From Candidatus Goldiibacteriota bacterium (lineage in GTDB: Bacteria > Oederibacteriota > PGYV01): a stretch of 64,000 nt of DNA. The stretch spans positions 3,227-67,226 of the forward strand of contig JAFGWA010000017.1 of the NCBI GenBank assembly GCA_016937715.1, read 5' to 3'. This document shows, in pieces, positions 41,825-50,037 of this stretch. Numbering within the stretch: the first letter of the stretch is position 1; each line of letters opens with the position of its first letter. The position numbers and the translations under genes are program-made. Below the pieces are notes generated by a model. That model did not search any database, was not told the DNA's origin, and was given only the letters and a program-made list of their open reading frames with translations.

Positions 41825-42175
41825 ATGAAGCCGTTTGACTGTGAAACCTGCGGTTTAAAGATTAAAGATAATCAGGCCGTTGTCAGGTGGCATTATGATA
41901 AAGAAAAAAAATCCGCGGATACTTTTCAGATAGTCCATCCAAATACGGTATGTTCAGATTCCAAAGAAGGTTTTTTTAACCGGTCGCTTGAACTGATGTA
42001 TGTTTTTGGAAAGATGCCGGAGTTTATAAAGTACATTTCAAGGTTAAAACACGATAAAAAAGAGCTTAAAAGGTTTGTGGACCGTATTGAAAAAGGGCGC
42101 AGTTACATAAGGCGGCACAACGCGGATAAAAACGAAATTAAAAAGCTGATAATAAGGCTTGAAGGGCTGGAATGA
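41825..42175 (+). CDS. hypothetical small protein with an N-terminal CxxC motif
   Basis: 116 aa, CETCG near the N-terminus, Lys/Arg-rich; tightly packed in the operon. Confidence 0.35.
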   Translation: MKPFDCETCGLKIKDNQAVVRWHYDKEKKSADTFQIVHPNTVCSDSKEGFFNRSLELMYVFGKMPEFIKYISRLKHDKKELKRFVDRIEKGRSYIRRHNADKNEIKKLIIRLEGLE

Positions 42176-42645
42176 TAATGGAATGCAAAGAGGCAAGAAA
42201 AAAACTTAATGATTATTCAAAAGGATATATTACAGATACCGCGGAAAAAGACAGCCTGGAGTCGCATATTAAAAAGTGCGAACTGTGCAGGCGGGAGCTT
42301 GCCATGTGGCAGGATGTAAACGACAGGCAGCACGGCCTGGAAGGCGGGCGCGTGTCATCGCGCCTTGCGGAAAAAGCCCATCAAATAAGCGGTGAAATGG
42401 AAAAAGACGTAAATATGGCTCCGGCCGCCAAAAGAATGGGTTATGTGGCCAATACTTTAAAATCTCCCGCGGCAATGATAATAGGAATAATTACGTGCGT
42501 GTTTTTAGGGCTGGCAATTCTGCTTATGTTTGTTAAAGAAGAAGTAAGCATATGGTTTCACATATTTATGATAGCGGGAGGAATTGCCATGATATTTGTG
42601 GCGGTTAAAACGTCCGTCTTCAACAGGAAGAAAAGTAAAAAGTAA
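42172..42645 (+). CDS. zf-HC2 (anti-sigma-factor-type zinc finger) membrane protein
   Basis: N-terminal C-x23-H-x3-C-x2-C (CKEARKKLNDY...HIKKCELC) typical of the anti-sigma zf-HC2 domain, then a C-terminal TM segment. No sigma factor gene is adjacent. Confidence 0.5.
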   Translation: MIMECKEARKKLNDYSKGYITDTAEKDSLESHIKKCELCRRELAMWQDVNDRQHGLEGGRVSSRLAEKAHQISGEMEKDVNMAPAAKRMGYVANTLKSPAAMIIGIITCVFLGLAILLMFVKEEVSIWFHIFMIAGGIAMIFVAVKTSVFNRKKSKK

Positions 42646-42647
42646 TA

Positions 42648-42676
42648 TTGACAAAATAACTGACAAAATATATAAT
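42648..42676 (+). promoter_or_regulatory. consensus sigma70 promoter (TTGACA-17-TATAAT) upstream of the cNMP-binding protein gene
   Basis: Perfect -35 TTGACA (42648-42653), exactly 17-bp spacer, perfect -10 TATAAT (42671-42676). Confidence 0.7.
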
Positions 42677-42711
42677 ACATAAGGATTAAAAAAAAGACGG
42701 GGGAAAATGAG

Positions 42712-43140
42712 ATGGCAGATGACATTACCAGGTTAAGAGAAACGCTTAAGAAGGTTGATTTTTTCTATTCTTTAAACTTTGCTCAGCTTGACGAACTTAT
42801 TAAAGCAATGAAAAAACAGAAATTCAGAAAAGGTGAAGTAATAATTCAGCAGGGTGAAACCGGAGATGCTTTCTACATGATATCGGTAGGTTCTGTATCC
42901 ATACATATAAAGAAAGGAATGTCAGAAAAGAAAGTGGCAGGGCTGTCAGAAGGTGATTTTTTTGGAGAAACAGCACTTGTAACAGATTCGCCAAGAAACG
43001 CCACTGTTATAGCAGAGGCACCTACAGAGCTGTTTGTATTGCATAAGGCCTCTTTTAAGAAAATACTTCTTGCCAACCCTAAGATATCTGCTATAATCAA
43101 AGAAGAACTGGCCAAAAGAAAGTCAAAAAACGCATTATAA
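42712..43140 (+). CDS. stand-alone cyclic-nucleotide-binding (CAP effector) domain protein
   Basis: 142 aa. The cNMP-binding beta-roll has FGETALV...PRNATVIA and a C-terminal helix, with no DNA-binding or other output domain. Confidence 0.8.
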   Translation: MADDITRLRETLKKVDFFYSLNFAQLDELIKAMKKQKFRKGEVIIQQGETGDAFYMISVGSVSIHIKKGMSEKKVAGLSEGDFFGETALVTDSPRNATVIAEAPTELFVLHKASFKKILLANPKISAIIKEELAKRKSKNAL

Positions 43141-43251
43141 TACCGTATTAAGCGATTAAACAGGGAATATTTTCCGCTGTTTACATAATAGAAAGCTGTT
43201 TCATATGGCAGAAACGGCTTTAATTTATATTTTTGAAGGAGGAAGTCGGGT

Positions 43252-45036
43252 ATGTCTGAAACAGCAATCAAAGAAGGTGAAGCAATTAATTACGTGCTTG
43301 AAGGTATTGACCAGTCGGTTAAAGACGGGGTTATGACAGCCCTTGAATTTTTTGGAAAAGAAAAATCTGACAACGGCAATAAAATAGAGGATGTTGTTAA
43401 GGTAAACAAATTAAGGACCGCTTACAATACATTAATAACAGCCCTTGTAACAACAAGGTTAAATGACCTTAATAAACAGCAGAGGCTTTTTCTTGCCACC
43501 GGCGCCATAGGCGATTTTGTGGAAATAGGCGATAACAGAATTAATCTGCTTGATCCGGAACTATACAAACAGCTGCTTGAAGCTTTTGAAACAAAAGATT
43601 CTTTAAGCGCGCTTTCGCTTTCAGTGTTCAGCGTACCGGATAAAATGAGGGCGCTTGCAGAGGGCAATATTGAACTTATAGACACTTCGGGCAAAAAGAA
43701 AAGAAAAAAGGAAGATACGCGCGACCCCAAGAAAGTAAAAGCGGAACTTGAATGGAAAAAGAATGACGCGTTAAAAGCCGGCGCTAACCTTGTAAGGACG
43801 CTTGGAACAAATATAGACAAGATGCTTCAGCTGGACGCGACAAAGTTAAAGACTTTAAAACTTAATTTTGACGCGCTGGATAAATACATGGCAATACTTG
43901 CAAAGGGAGAAAGGATAACACCCGAGGAAAAAAAGCTTAAGTCCGCCCTTGCAATGAGAAGCGACGGCATGGCAAAAGTGCTTGCTGATTTTACAAAGAT
44001 GTACGCAGAAACTTTTACAAGGTCGGCTGAAAATGTTGATGCCATAAAAGAAAAAGTTGACGTAATAAAAGAACTTGAAAATGACCTGTCAAAAGTATCA
44101 GATGTGGTTGCTGACCAGTCCGCAAGGGCATTTGATTCTTTCAGGCCCGAACACGTTGAAATTATTAAAAAAGATATAAGCATACTTAACAGTTTTATAG
44201 TAACGGCCGCGGAAAAAGCCGGCAACAGGATGCCGTATTCCGGCGCCAGGATACTTTTAAACAGCCAGATAATAGATATGCCGACAGCAATGACAAACTA
44301 TCTGTGCACGCCGCATAACGTCATAGAATCACTTAAAAAAATACTTTCAATTCACATAAACGCTTTTCCGATTGATGAAGACGGCAATTATAAAATCCCC
44401 CCCATTCTTATTGAACCTTTAAGAAATTATGTGGATTTTTTGGAAGACAGGTTTGTGATGGGTTTTGTAAGCGGCGAATCAGGCAAGAAAGGCGCGTATG
44501 TTTCATTTACCCCCATTGATTTTCAGGTTATGAAAGCTATTGGAATGTATCTTGCGAAAGATCCTGTATATGACTATCGCGGTGAAATAAACGAAGGTAC
44601 GTTTATGGGAGACTATACAGGAAAAATAGAAAAGACGGCTCAGGTGAAATGGACCGGCGCGGATAAGAAAATGAATATGGTTATGAGCGCGGAACTTGTG
44701 GACGCCGCATCCCGCGATGACGCGGTTCAGGATTATATAGATTTTATGTTCAACGCTTTAAACGGGCTTGGGCCTCCGCCTAAAATGTCAAAACGTAAAA
44801 TTAACGTACTTTTAAGATATGCCACGGTAAAGAGCATAGAAAATAATGTTAAACTGCTTTTAACTTATGTGGCTCAGTCCGAACCCACGGAAGTGCGTGA
44901 TACTATTCTTAAATACACAAACAGAAATTACGAACAGTCCAAAGAAATGGTAAGGGCATGCGTAAAAGAAGACGCAATGGTTCAGAGGATACTTGGCAAC
45001 AACCCGGAAATGGTAATAGCTAAGATATTTGTTTAA
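43252..45036 (+). CDS. hypothetical 594-aa soluble protein (no recognisable domain)
   Basis: Long ORF with a GGAGG RBS 9 nt upstream and coding-like composition, no TM segments, and no nucleotide-binding or catalytic motif identified by eye. Confidence 0.5.
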   Translation: MSETAIKEGEAINYVLEGIDQSVKDGVMTALEFFGKEKSDNGNKIEDVVKVNKLRTAYNTLITALVTTRLNDLNKQQRLFLATGAIGDFVEIGDNRINLLDPELYKQLLEAFETKDSLSALSLSVFSVPDKMRALAEGNIELIDTSGKKKRKKEDTRDPKKVKAELEWKKNDALKAGANLVRTLGTNIDKMLQLDATKLKTLKLNFDALDKYMAILAKGERITPEEKKLKSALAMRSDGMAKVLADFTKMYAETFTRSAENVDAIKEKVDVIKELENDLSKVSDVVADQSARAFDSFRPEHVEIIKKDISILNSFIVTAAEKAGNRMPYSGARILLNSQIIDMPTAMTNYLCTPHNVIESLKKILSIHINAFPIDEDGNYKIPPILIEPLRNYVDFLEDRFVMGFVSGESGKKGAYVSFTPIDFQVMKAIGMYLAKDPVYDYRGEINEGTFMGDYTGKIEKTAQVKWTGADKKMNMVMSAELVDAASRDDAVQDYIDFMFNALNGLGPPPKMSKRKINVLLRYATVKSIENNVKLLLTYVAQSEPTEVRDTILKYTNRNYEQSKEMVRACVKEDAMVQRILGNNPEMVIAKIFV

Positions 45037-45164
45037 AACGCAATCAAAGATTGCGTTTTAAATCCCCGTGCCATTATAATAAGTATATGGCACAGCGGGA
45101 TAAATAAAAGATTGTGTTTATAATCCCCGTGTTTATGGAGAAGCGTGATAAATAAGTAAAAAAT

Positions 45165-45198
45165 GCCGCAGGTGAAAACCTGCGGCTTTTTTATTTTT
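45165..45198 (+). terminator. rho-independent terminator
   Basis: GCCGCAGGT-GAAA-ACCTGCGGC followed by TTTTTTATTTTT. A weaker hairpin (AACGCAATC-AAAG-GATTGCGTT) sits at 45037-45062, directly after the stop. Confidence 0.7.
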
Positions 45199-45288
45199 AA
45201 TCCAAACCCTGTTTATTTTTGGATTTAAGAAGTGGTAGACGCGGGTCTTCAGCCCGCGGACGTTGTATTTGTTGTATATCTTTTCTTC

Positions 45289-45321
45289 CATCCCTCTGAC
45301 CTTTTGTGCATCCGTCCCTTC
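45289..45321. repeat. copy of the GATGCACAGA-type intergenic repeat (minus orientation)
   Basis: ccatccctctgaccttttgtgcatccgtccctt is the reverse complement of aagggacggatgcacaaaaggtcagagggatgg. Compare 55582, 60751, 60850 and 29659/29808. Confidence 0.55.
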
Positions 45322-45702
45322 ATATTACATTGGTTGGGCATGTTTTTTCAGCACGCGCCGCAAATCGGTATTCTTGCGCCCAAATCAGTTTGAAATCACA
45401 GGTTTGTTAACGTCATTTGCGGCCGGGAGCTAGCGTCACATACGTATATGTCACCGATGCATTAAACAGATCCTGCCGGATACACACTATGTTAGGGCGG
45501 CGCGCACTGAAAAAACACACCCACCTTATGTTTGTTTTGAAGGTTTTATTTATGGGATAATTCAGGGGGGTTACGATATTAATTTCGTCCTGATGAATAT
45601 AAATTATTTTTGCGCGGCGTTTTTATAAAGAACACGTACAGTTTTTTTTGTATTTGATTTTATAAAAGTGAATTAATATTAAAAGAAGTATTTACTAAAA
45701 AA

Positions 45703-47466
45703 TTATGGTTTAATTTTTGTTTCTTCCATCATCATTATTATCTGATCGGTGCCTTTGCCAAGTGAATTGGGGTCATATTTGGAGGCAAGGTAAAGTTCCA
45801 ATGAAGCAAGATTTTCCCTGCCGGTTTTCATATAAAGCGTTGCCATTGCCGTATGCGCCATTCCAAAATAGGGGTTAAGTTCAAGCGCTTTTTTCAGGTA
45901 CGATTCCGCTTCATAATTTTCATTGTCAGACAGGTGCATTGCTCCAAGATTATAGAGCATATCAGCCGAATAAGGGTATATTTTTAAAGCTTCCTGATAT
46001 TCTATGTAGGCTTTTTTCCTGTCATTATTCAGAAGCGAATAACCCCTGTAATAGCGGGTGAAAAAATTATGCGGTTCAAGCATAAGTGCTTTGTCAAAAT
46101 ACACCATTTCCATATTGGTTTTTTTTAAAAGCGCGTTAAAACCTTTTTTAATATGAAGGTTTGCCGCCGCGGGCAGTAAAGATATAAAAATGTAAATAAA
46201 TATCGGAACCGTTAATACCGGCAGAAGCCGCGAAGGTATTTGAATTACATTTTTTCCCGCACCCGGCAGGGAATAAAGGTATCCGCAGAAAAGCCAGAAA
46301 ATAAAAGCGGAAGGCATTATGAACAGCGGAAAGTTATATAGCGATTCACAAAGGAAAAAAATGACAGAAGCTAAAAGCGCGTAAGCCAGAGGTTTGTCCT
46401 GCCGTAAGATTAAAGCTTTGCCCCTGTCAAAAGAAATAAGCAGCGCGGATACAAACAATAAAAAAAGCAAAAGTCCTGCCGCGCCCGTTTCCACAAACAG
46501 CTGAAGATAATCGTTATGGGCGTAAGAAGTGCTTATAAAATAAGGTTTCTCCGGTGTTATAACCGAAGCCTGATACTTTTGAAAATAATACCTGAATCCG
46601 CCTGCGCCGAAGCCAAAAACAGGTTTTTCTGCGGACATTTTAAGCCCTGTTTTTAAAATGACCGCCCTGTTAGAAAGGGAAGCGCCGCCGCCGCCGGCAA
46701 TTTCAAGCGCCCTGTTAATATTATAGGAGATTGCGGGTTTAAAACGCGGGAGAAATGTTATTGCCGTGAAAAGAACCAAAACAATAAGCATAATTACTGC
46801 CGTCTTTTTTTTAGCGGCTGCCGGAAAAGGTTTATCGGTAAAAAACAGGTATAAAAAAATTAAAAGGGAGACAAAAAGCGACAGTACAGCGCCCCTTGAA
46901 GAAGCAAGAGCAAGTACAAGAAGGGATAAACAAAGATTAACCGAGGTAAAAGGCTTGTATTTTTCGTAAGCCAGAAGTGATACAAGTATCAAAGGAAAAA
47001 GGCAGGCGGTAAATTCTGCAAGAAAGACAGGGTTTCCAAAAAAAGATAAGGGCCGTTCGCCGGTATTTATATACTGAGAAAGCGCGTATATAGAAGAAAC
47101 AAATGAAATAATATTGATGAAAATAAGAAAATTACCGCTTTTAAGTTTTGTTATTAACGGCATAAAAAAAGCCGCAGGTATCAATAAAGTAAGCAGATAA
47201 TAAACAGGCGGAAAATTATACAGCGATAACAAAGCGCGCGCCATAATATAAAAAAGAAACACGGATGCGGCTATTGCGGCTGATCCAAAATAAATTTTTT
47301 TACTGAAAAAAGAAAAGACAGCTATATATACGGCACATCCCGCTGTCAGTAACAGGGCTTTAGGCAGCTGATACATGTCATAAAACAGGGATGAAAAAGC
47401 AAGGACGCACAGAAAGATACCATAAAAAAAATAGTTCTGGAGAGAATTATTGCGTTTTTCTTGCAT
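45703..47466 (-). CDS. O-antigen ligase (Wzy_C)-family polytopic membrane protein with C-terminal TPR repeats; candidate pilin O-oligosaccharyltransferase (PglL/TfpO-like)
   Basis: About 12 TM helices with the Wzy_C signature region (LALASSRGAVLSLFVSLL); the C-terminal ~150 aa are TPR-like. It is the last gene of the prepilin operon, separated by 2 nt from the upstream gene. Confidence 0.65.
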   Translation of the reverse strand: MQEKRNNSLQNYFFYGIFLCVLAFSSLFYDMYQLPKALLLTAGCAVYIAVFSFFSKKIYFGSAAIAASVFLFYIMARALLSLYNFPPVYYLLTLLIPAAFFMPLITKLKSGNFLIFINIISFVSSIYALSQYINTGERPLSFFGNPVFLAEFTACLFPLILVSLLAYEKYKPFTSVNLCLSLLVLALASSRGAVLSLFVSLLIFLYLFFTDKPFPAAAKKKTAVIMLIVLVLFTAITFLPRFKPAISYNINRALEIAGGGGASLSNRAVILKTGLKMSAEKPVFGFGAGGFRYYFQKYQASVITPEKPYFISTSYAHNDYLQLFVETGAAGLLLFLLFVSALLISFDRGKALILRQDKPLAYALLASVIFFLCESLYNFPLFIMPSAFIFWLFCGYLYSLPGAGKNVIQIPSRLLPVLTVPIFIYIFISLLPAAANLHIKKGFNALLKKTNMEMVYFDKALMLEPHNFFTRYYRGYSLLNNDRKKAYIEYQEALKIYPYSADMLYNLGAMHLSDNENYEAESYLKKALELNPYFGMAHTAMATLYMKTGRENLASLELYLASKYDPNSLGKGTDQIIMMMEETKIKP

Positions 47467-47468
47467 TG

Positions 47469-49343
47469 TCAGAACGGGTATTCCGGTACCGGCGTCGGAA
47501 TCAGGTATGTAAGCTCCCTGAATGAAAGCAGGGAGACGCTGTTCTGCAGGTAAGAGAAAGCGTTGGCATTCATGTTAAAATATACAGCAAGCCTTGGAGT
47601 GTCGTTAACAGTATCTATGGAAAGGGAGCCGTGTTCGCCGATATATAAAGTGCCAAATATCAGAATGTCTGAAACTGTTGTTTTACCGTCGCAGTCAGCA
47701 GGCGGTGTTGGTGTGCCAAGTACAACTCCCACGGTTGCAGTGGGTGGAACAGGCACCGTTGGTGTTTCAGTAGGCCCGCCGGGTGTGTTTGTAGCAACGG
47801 GTGTATTTGTTACCAGCGGTGTTAAGGTGGCAACTGCCGTAAGTGTTTTAATTGCCACAGCGGTTGCAGTGGCGTCATCTTTCCAGTTTGCATAAACCGC
47901 AGGCGGTTCCATCAGTTTGGCTGCCGCTGCTTTAATTTTTGAAAAAATAGAAGGTTTGGCTGAAGCAAAGGCGTTTGTTTTTTCTACTGTGTTATTATCA
48001 CAAGTGCTTGTCTTACAGCGCACGCCGCCGATTTTTAATTCGCCGTCAATGTACATAAAGCCCGCGTGTTTAATGTTATTAAGGGCGGAGCCAAGAAAGC
48101 CTTTGGTATCAAATTCCAGATGGTTTGTGGTATCTTCCTGCGGGTAATAGTAATTTGAAGGTATATCTATTCCTAATAGAGTAGGCCAAAAAGGCAATAG
48201 AGGATCTTTCTCATTGTTAGGAGGTTCAGGGCCTGGGTCTGCTCCTTTTAAAATAAGCGGCCCCTGTATTATCATTGAACCCACTGTATAAAGCTGTGAA
48301 TAAGCGTTGTAATATACGGCAACCGTATTTGCTGATACATAAGTGGTACCGCAGTAAGTATTTGTAGGGTTGGAAGGCGATGCGGGAACTCTTAAAGGCA
48401 GCGCGTCCGTGGTATCTACAAATAATACATCTGATGTGGATTTTAGCGCGTTATGAATTGCCACGCTGTTTAAATCTGCCAGGTCGTGCAGGCCGTCGTT
48501 AATGTAAAAAGGATTGGCTGTGCCTGACCCTCCCACTGTGGCCGGCCCGTAATATCCGCCTTTTTCATATGCAAGCTGTTTATACGCCTGAAGTGAAATC
48601 TGCGGCGCTATAGCCATTGGCGAATAAGGGTGTGATTTTGCCGTGGGGCTCATGTCCTCTCCCACGTATCCAAACTGATAATTGCCGCCGCTTTTGCCGT
48701 AAGCCGTGTAAATATTTGAAGCGGAATAAACTGCAGGCCCCCACGCTTTGGGAGTTGTGCTTCCCATACCCACGGGTATGTATGGAAAATGAAAAGTATC
48801 ATCGTCCCTGTTGGCATGATAGACATCGCCCCAGAAAAAGCCGTACATGGGTATACCATTGGCGTCAATTGAATTGTTATTGCAGGGAAGGTTAATTTTA
48901 CCTTTTGAAATAAGCGGGCCGCCATAACCAAGTTTTTTTATTACTCCGTAAAACTGATGAAGTTCGCCTGAAGGGTAAACTTTTACCTTAACGCCTATAG
49001 TCCTGTATTCTTCATGGCCCTGACGCACGCTGTCTGTCATAAATAAATTGCCTTTTTCAATTGTTACCGCGTATGAACCAAGTCCCGGGATATTGTATTC
49101 TTCGTCATATTGAAATCCCGTCATTGGAATGTTGTACCAGTTGTTTTGAAGCTGCATTCTGTACCGCGCATGTTCCATGCCTATGGAAGCAAGCTCCTGT
49201 TTACGGGTTATATCCATGGTTTTTACAAGCATCTTTGATTCCTGCTGAAAAAGAAAAAGAAGGGTGTAAGCAAGGATGGCGATGACGGCGCCCACTATAA
49301 GGGCTGTAGCAAGTATCTGCCCGCCTGAATTTTTTATCTGCAT
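47469..49343 (-). CDS. PilX-N-domain pilus assembly / minor pilin-like protein with a Thr/Pro-rich region
   Basis: The N-terminus GGQILATALIVGAVIAILAYTLLFLFQQES...RKQELASIGMEHARYRM matches the PilX_N architecture; C-terminal TPxTxTP repeats. Confidence 0.55.
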   Translation of the reverse strand: MQIKNSGGQILATALIVGAVIAILAYTLLFLFQQESKMLVKTMDITRKQELASIGMEHARYRMQLQNNWYNIPMTGFQYDEEYNIPGLGSYAVTIEKGNLFMTDSVRQGHEEYRTIGVKVKVYPSGELHQFYGVIKKLGYGGPLISKGKINLPCNNNSIDANGIPMYGFFWGDVYHANRDDDTFHFPYIPVGMGSTTPKAWGPAVYSASNIYTAYGKSGGNYQFGYVGEDMSPTAKSHPYSPMAIAPQISLQAYKQLAYEKGGYYGPATVGGSGTANPFYINDGLHDLADLNSVAIHNALKSTSDVLFVDTTDALPLRVPASPSNPTNTYCGTTYVSANTVAVYYNAYSQLYTVGSMIIQGPLILKGADPGPEPPNNEKDPLLPFWPTLLGIDIPSNYYYPQEDTTNHLEFDTKGFLGSALNNIKHAGFMYIDGELKIGGVRCKTSTCDNNTVEKTNAFASAKPSIFSKIKAAAAKLMEPPAVYANWKDDATATAVAIKTLTAVATLTPLVTNTPVATNTPGGPTETPTVPVPPTATVGVVLGTPTPPADCDGKTTVSDILIFGTLYIGEHGSLSIDTVNDTPRLAVYFNMNANAFSYLQNSVSLLSFRELTYLIPTPVPEYPF

Positions 49344-49358
49344 GATAAGTCCTCCTTT

Positions 49359-50015
49359 TTAATTCCCGTAGAATCCGGCAGAAGTGCTGTGTTTTAAAAC
49401 AATCTGCTGTTTTAAAAGTACGCGTATGGGCGGCCTGTTTTTATAAACCATTTTTGACAGCCTGACCGCGACAGAGACAGATTTTTCTTTTTTTGAATCG
49501 TTAAAAGTCACCATAAAAGAATCCAGGTGGGAAGTCACTGTCATATATGTATAAGTATAGTTAATGGTGGAAGGGCTGGAAATGGAAGAACCGGCGGCAA
49601 GTTTGGGTATGCGCGCGTAAAGTTTTCTGCCATACTGAAACATTTCAACTTCCGCGCCGGCGCCGCCCACCATATCTGATGTTGATGTGGTAAATCCGCA
49701 GCTGCCCGGGCTTGATGTGGTGACGTAAACAGTTTCGGCAAGCTTTCCTGATATATAACTGTTGGCGGGCTGATTTGTGTCCACTCTGGAAATTTTTATA
49801 GTGGGTGACTGCGCGTACTGCATAAATTTAGAAAGCGCGGTTATGGCGTTGCGGCCTTCCATGTTAATGGCAATATTTGACGAACCAAAATTCCAGGCGT
49901 AAATTGCCGTATTAAGCATCTGGCCCAAGCCCGATGTTACTATACCCATTATGGCAATTACTATCAAAGCTTCTATCAGGGTAAAACCGCCTGTGTGGTT
50001 TTTTTGCCTTTTCAT
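49359..50015 (-). CDS. type IV pilin / pseudopilin (prepilin-type N-terminal methylation domain)
   Basis: Class III signal peptide KNHTGG^FTLIEALIVIAIMGIV (G-F-T-L-I-E), followed by a Ser/Thr-rich globular domain. Confidence 0.7.
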   Translation of the reverse strand: MKRQKNHTGGFTLIEALIVIAIMGIVTSGLGQMLNTAIYAWNFGSSNIAINMEGRNAITALSKFMQYAQSPTIKISRVDTNQPANSYISGKLAETVYVTTSSPGSCGFTTSTSDMVGGAGAEVEMFQYGRKLYARIPKLAAGSSISSPSTINYTYTYMTVTSHLDSFMVTFNDSKKEKSVSVAVRLSKMVYKNRPPIRVLLKQQIVLKHSTSAGFYGN

Positions 50016-50037
50016 TTTTATCAGCCCTTCTTTTTAT

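Noticed and set aside
37739-45036. Pycsar/CBASS-like anti-phage signalling system (cyclase plus cNMP-binding effector)
   Set aside because: The cyclase has a TM-sensor-HAMP input typical of environmental signalling rather than a phage-sensing cytosolic cyclase. The cNMP-binding protein has no TM/TIR/nuclease effector domain. The genes are separated by TPR and anti-sigma-like genes. This is more consistent with housekeeping signalling.
45520-45560. 11-codon ORF (MNINYFCAAFL) after the TATGGGATA motif at about 45551
   Set aside because: It is too short, lacks an RBS and sits in a repeat-rich spacer. It is mentioned only as context for a possible sRNA.
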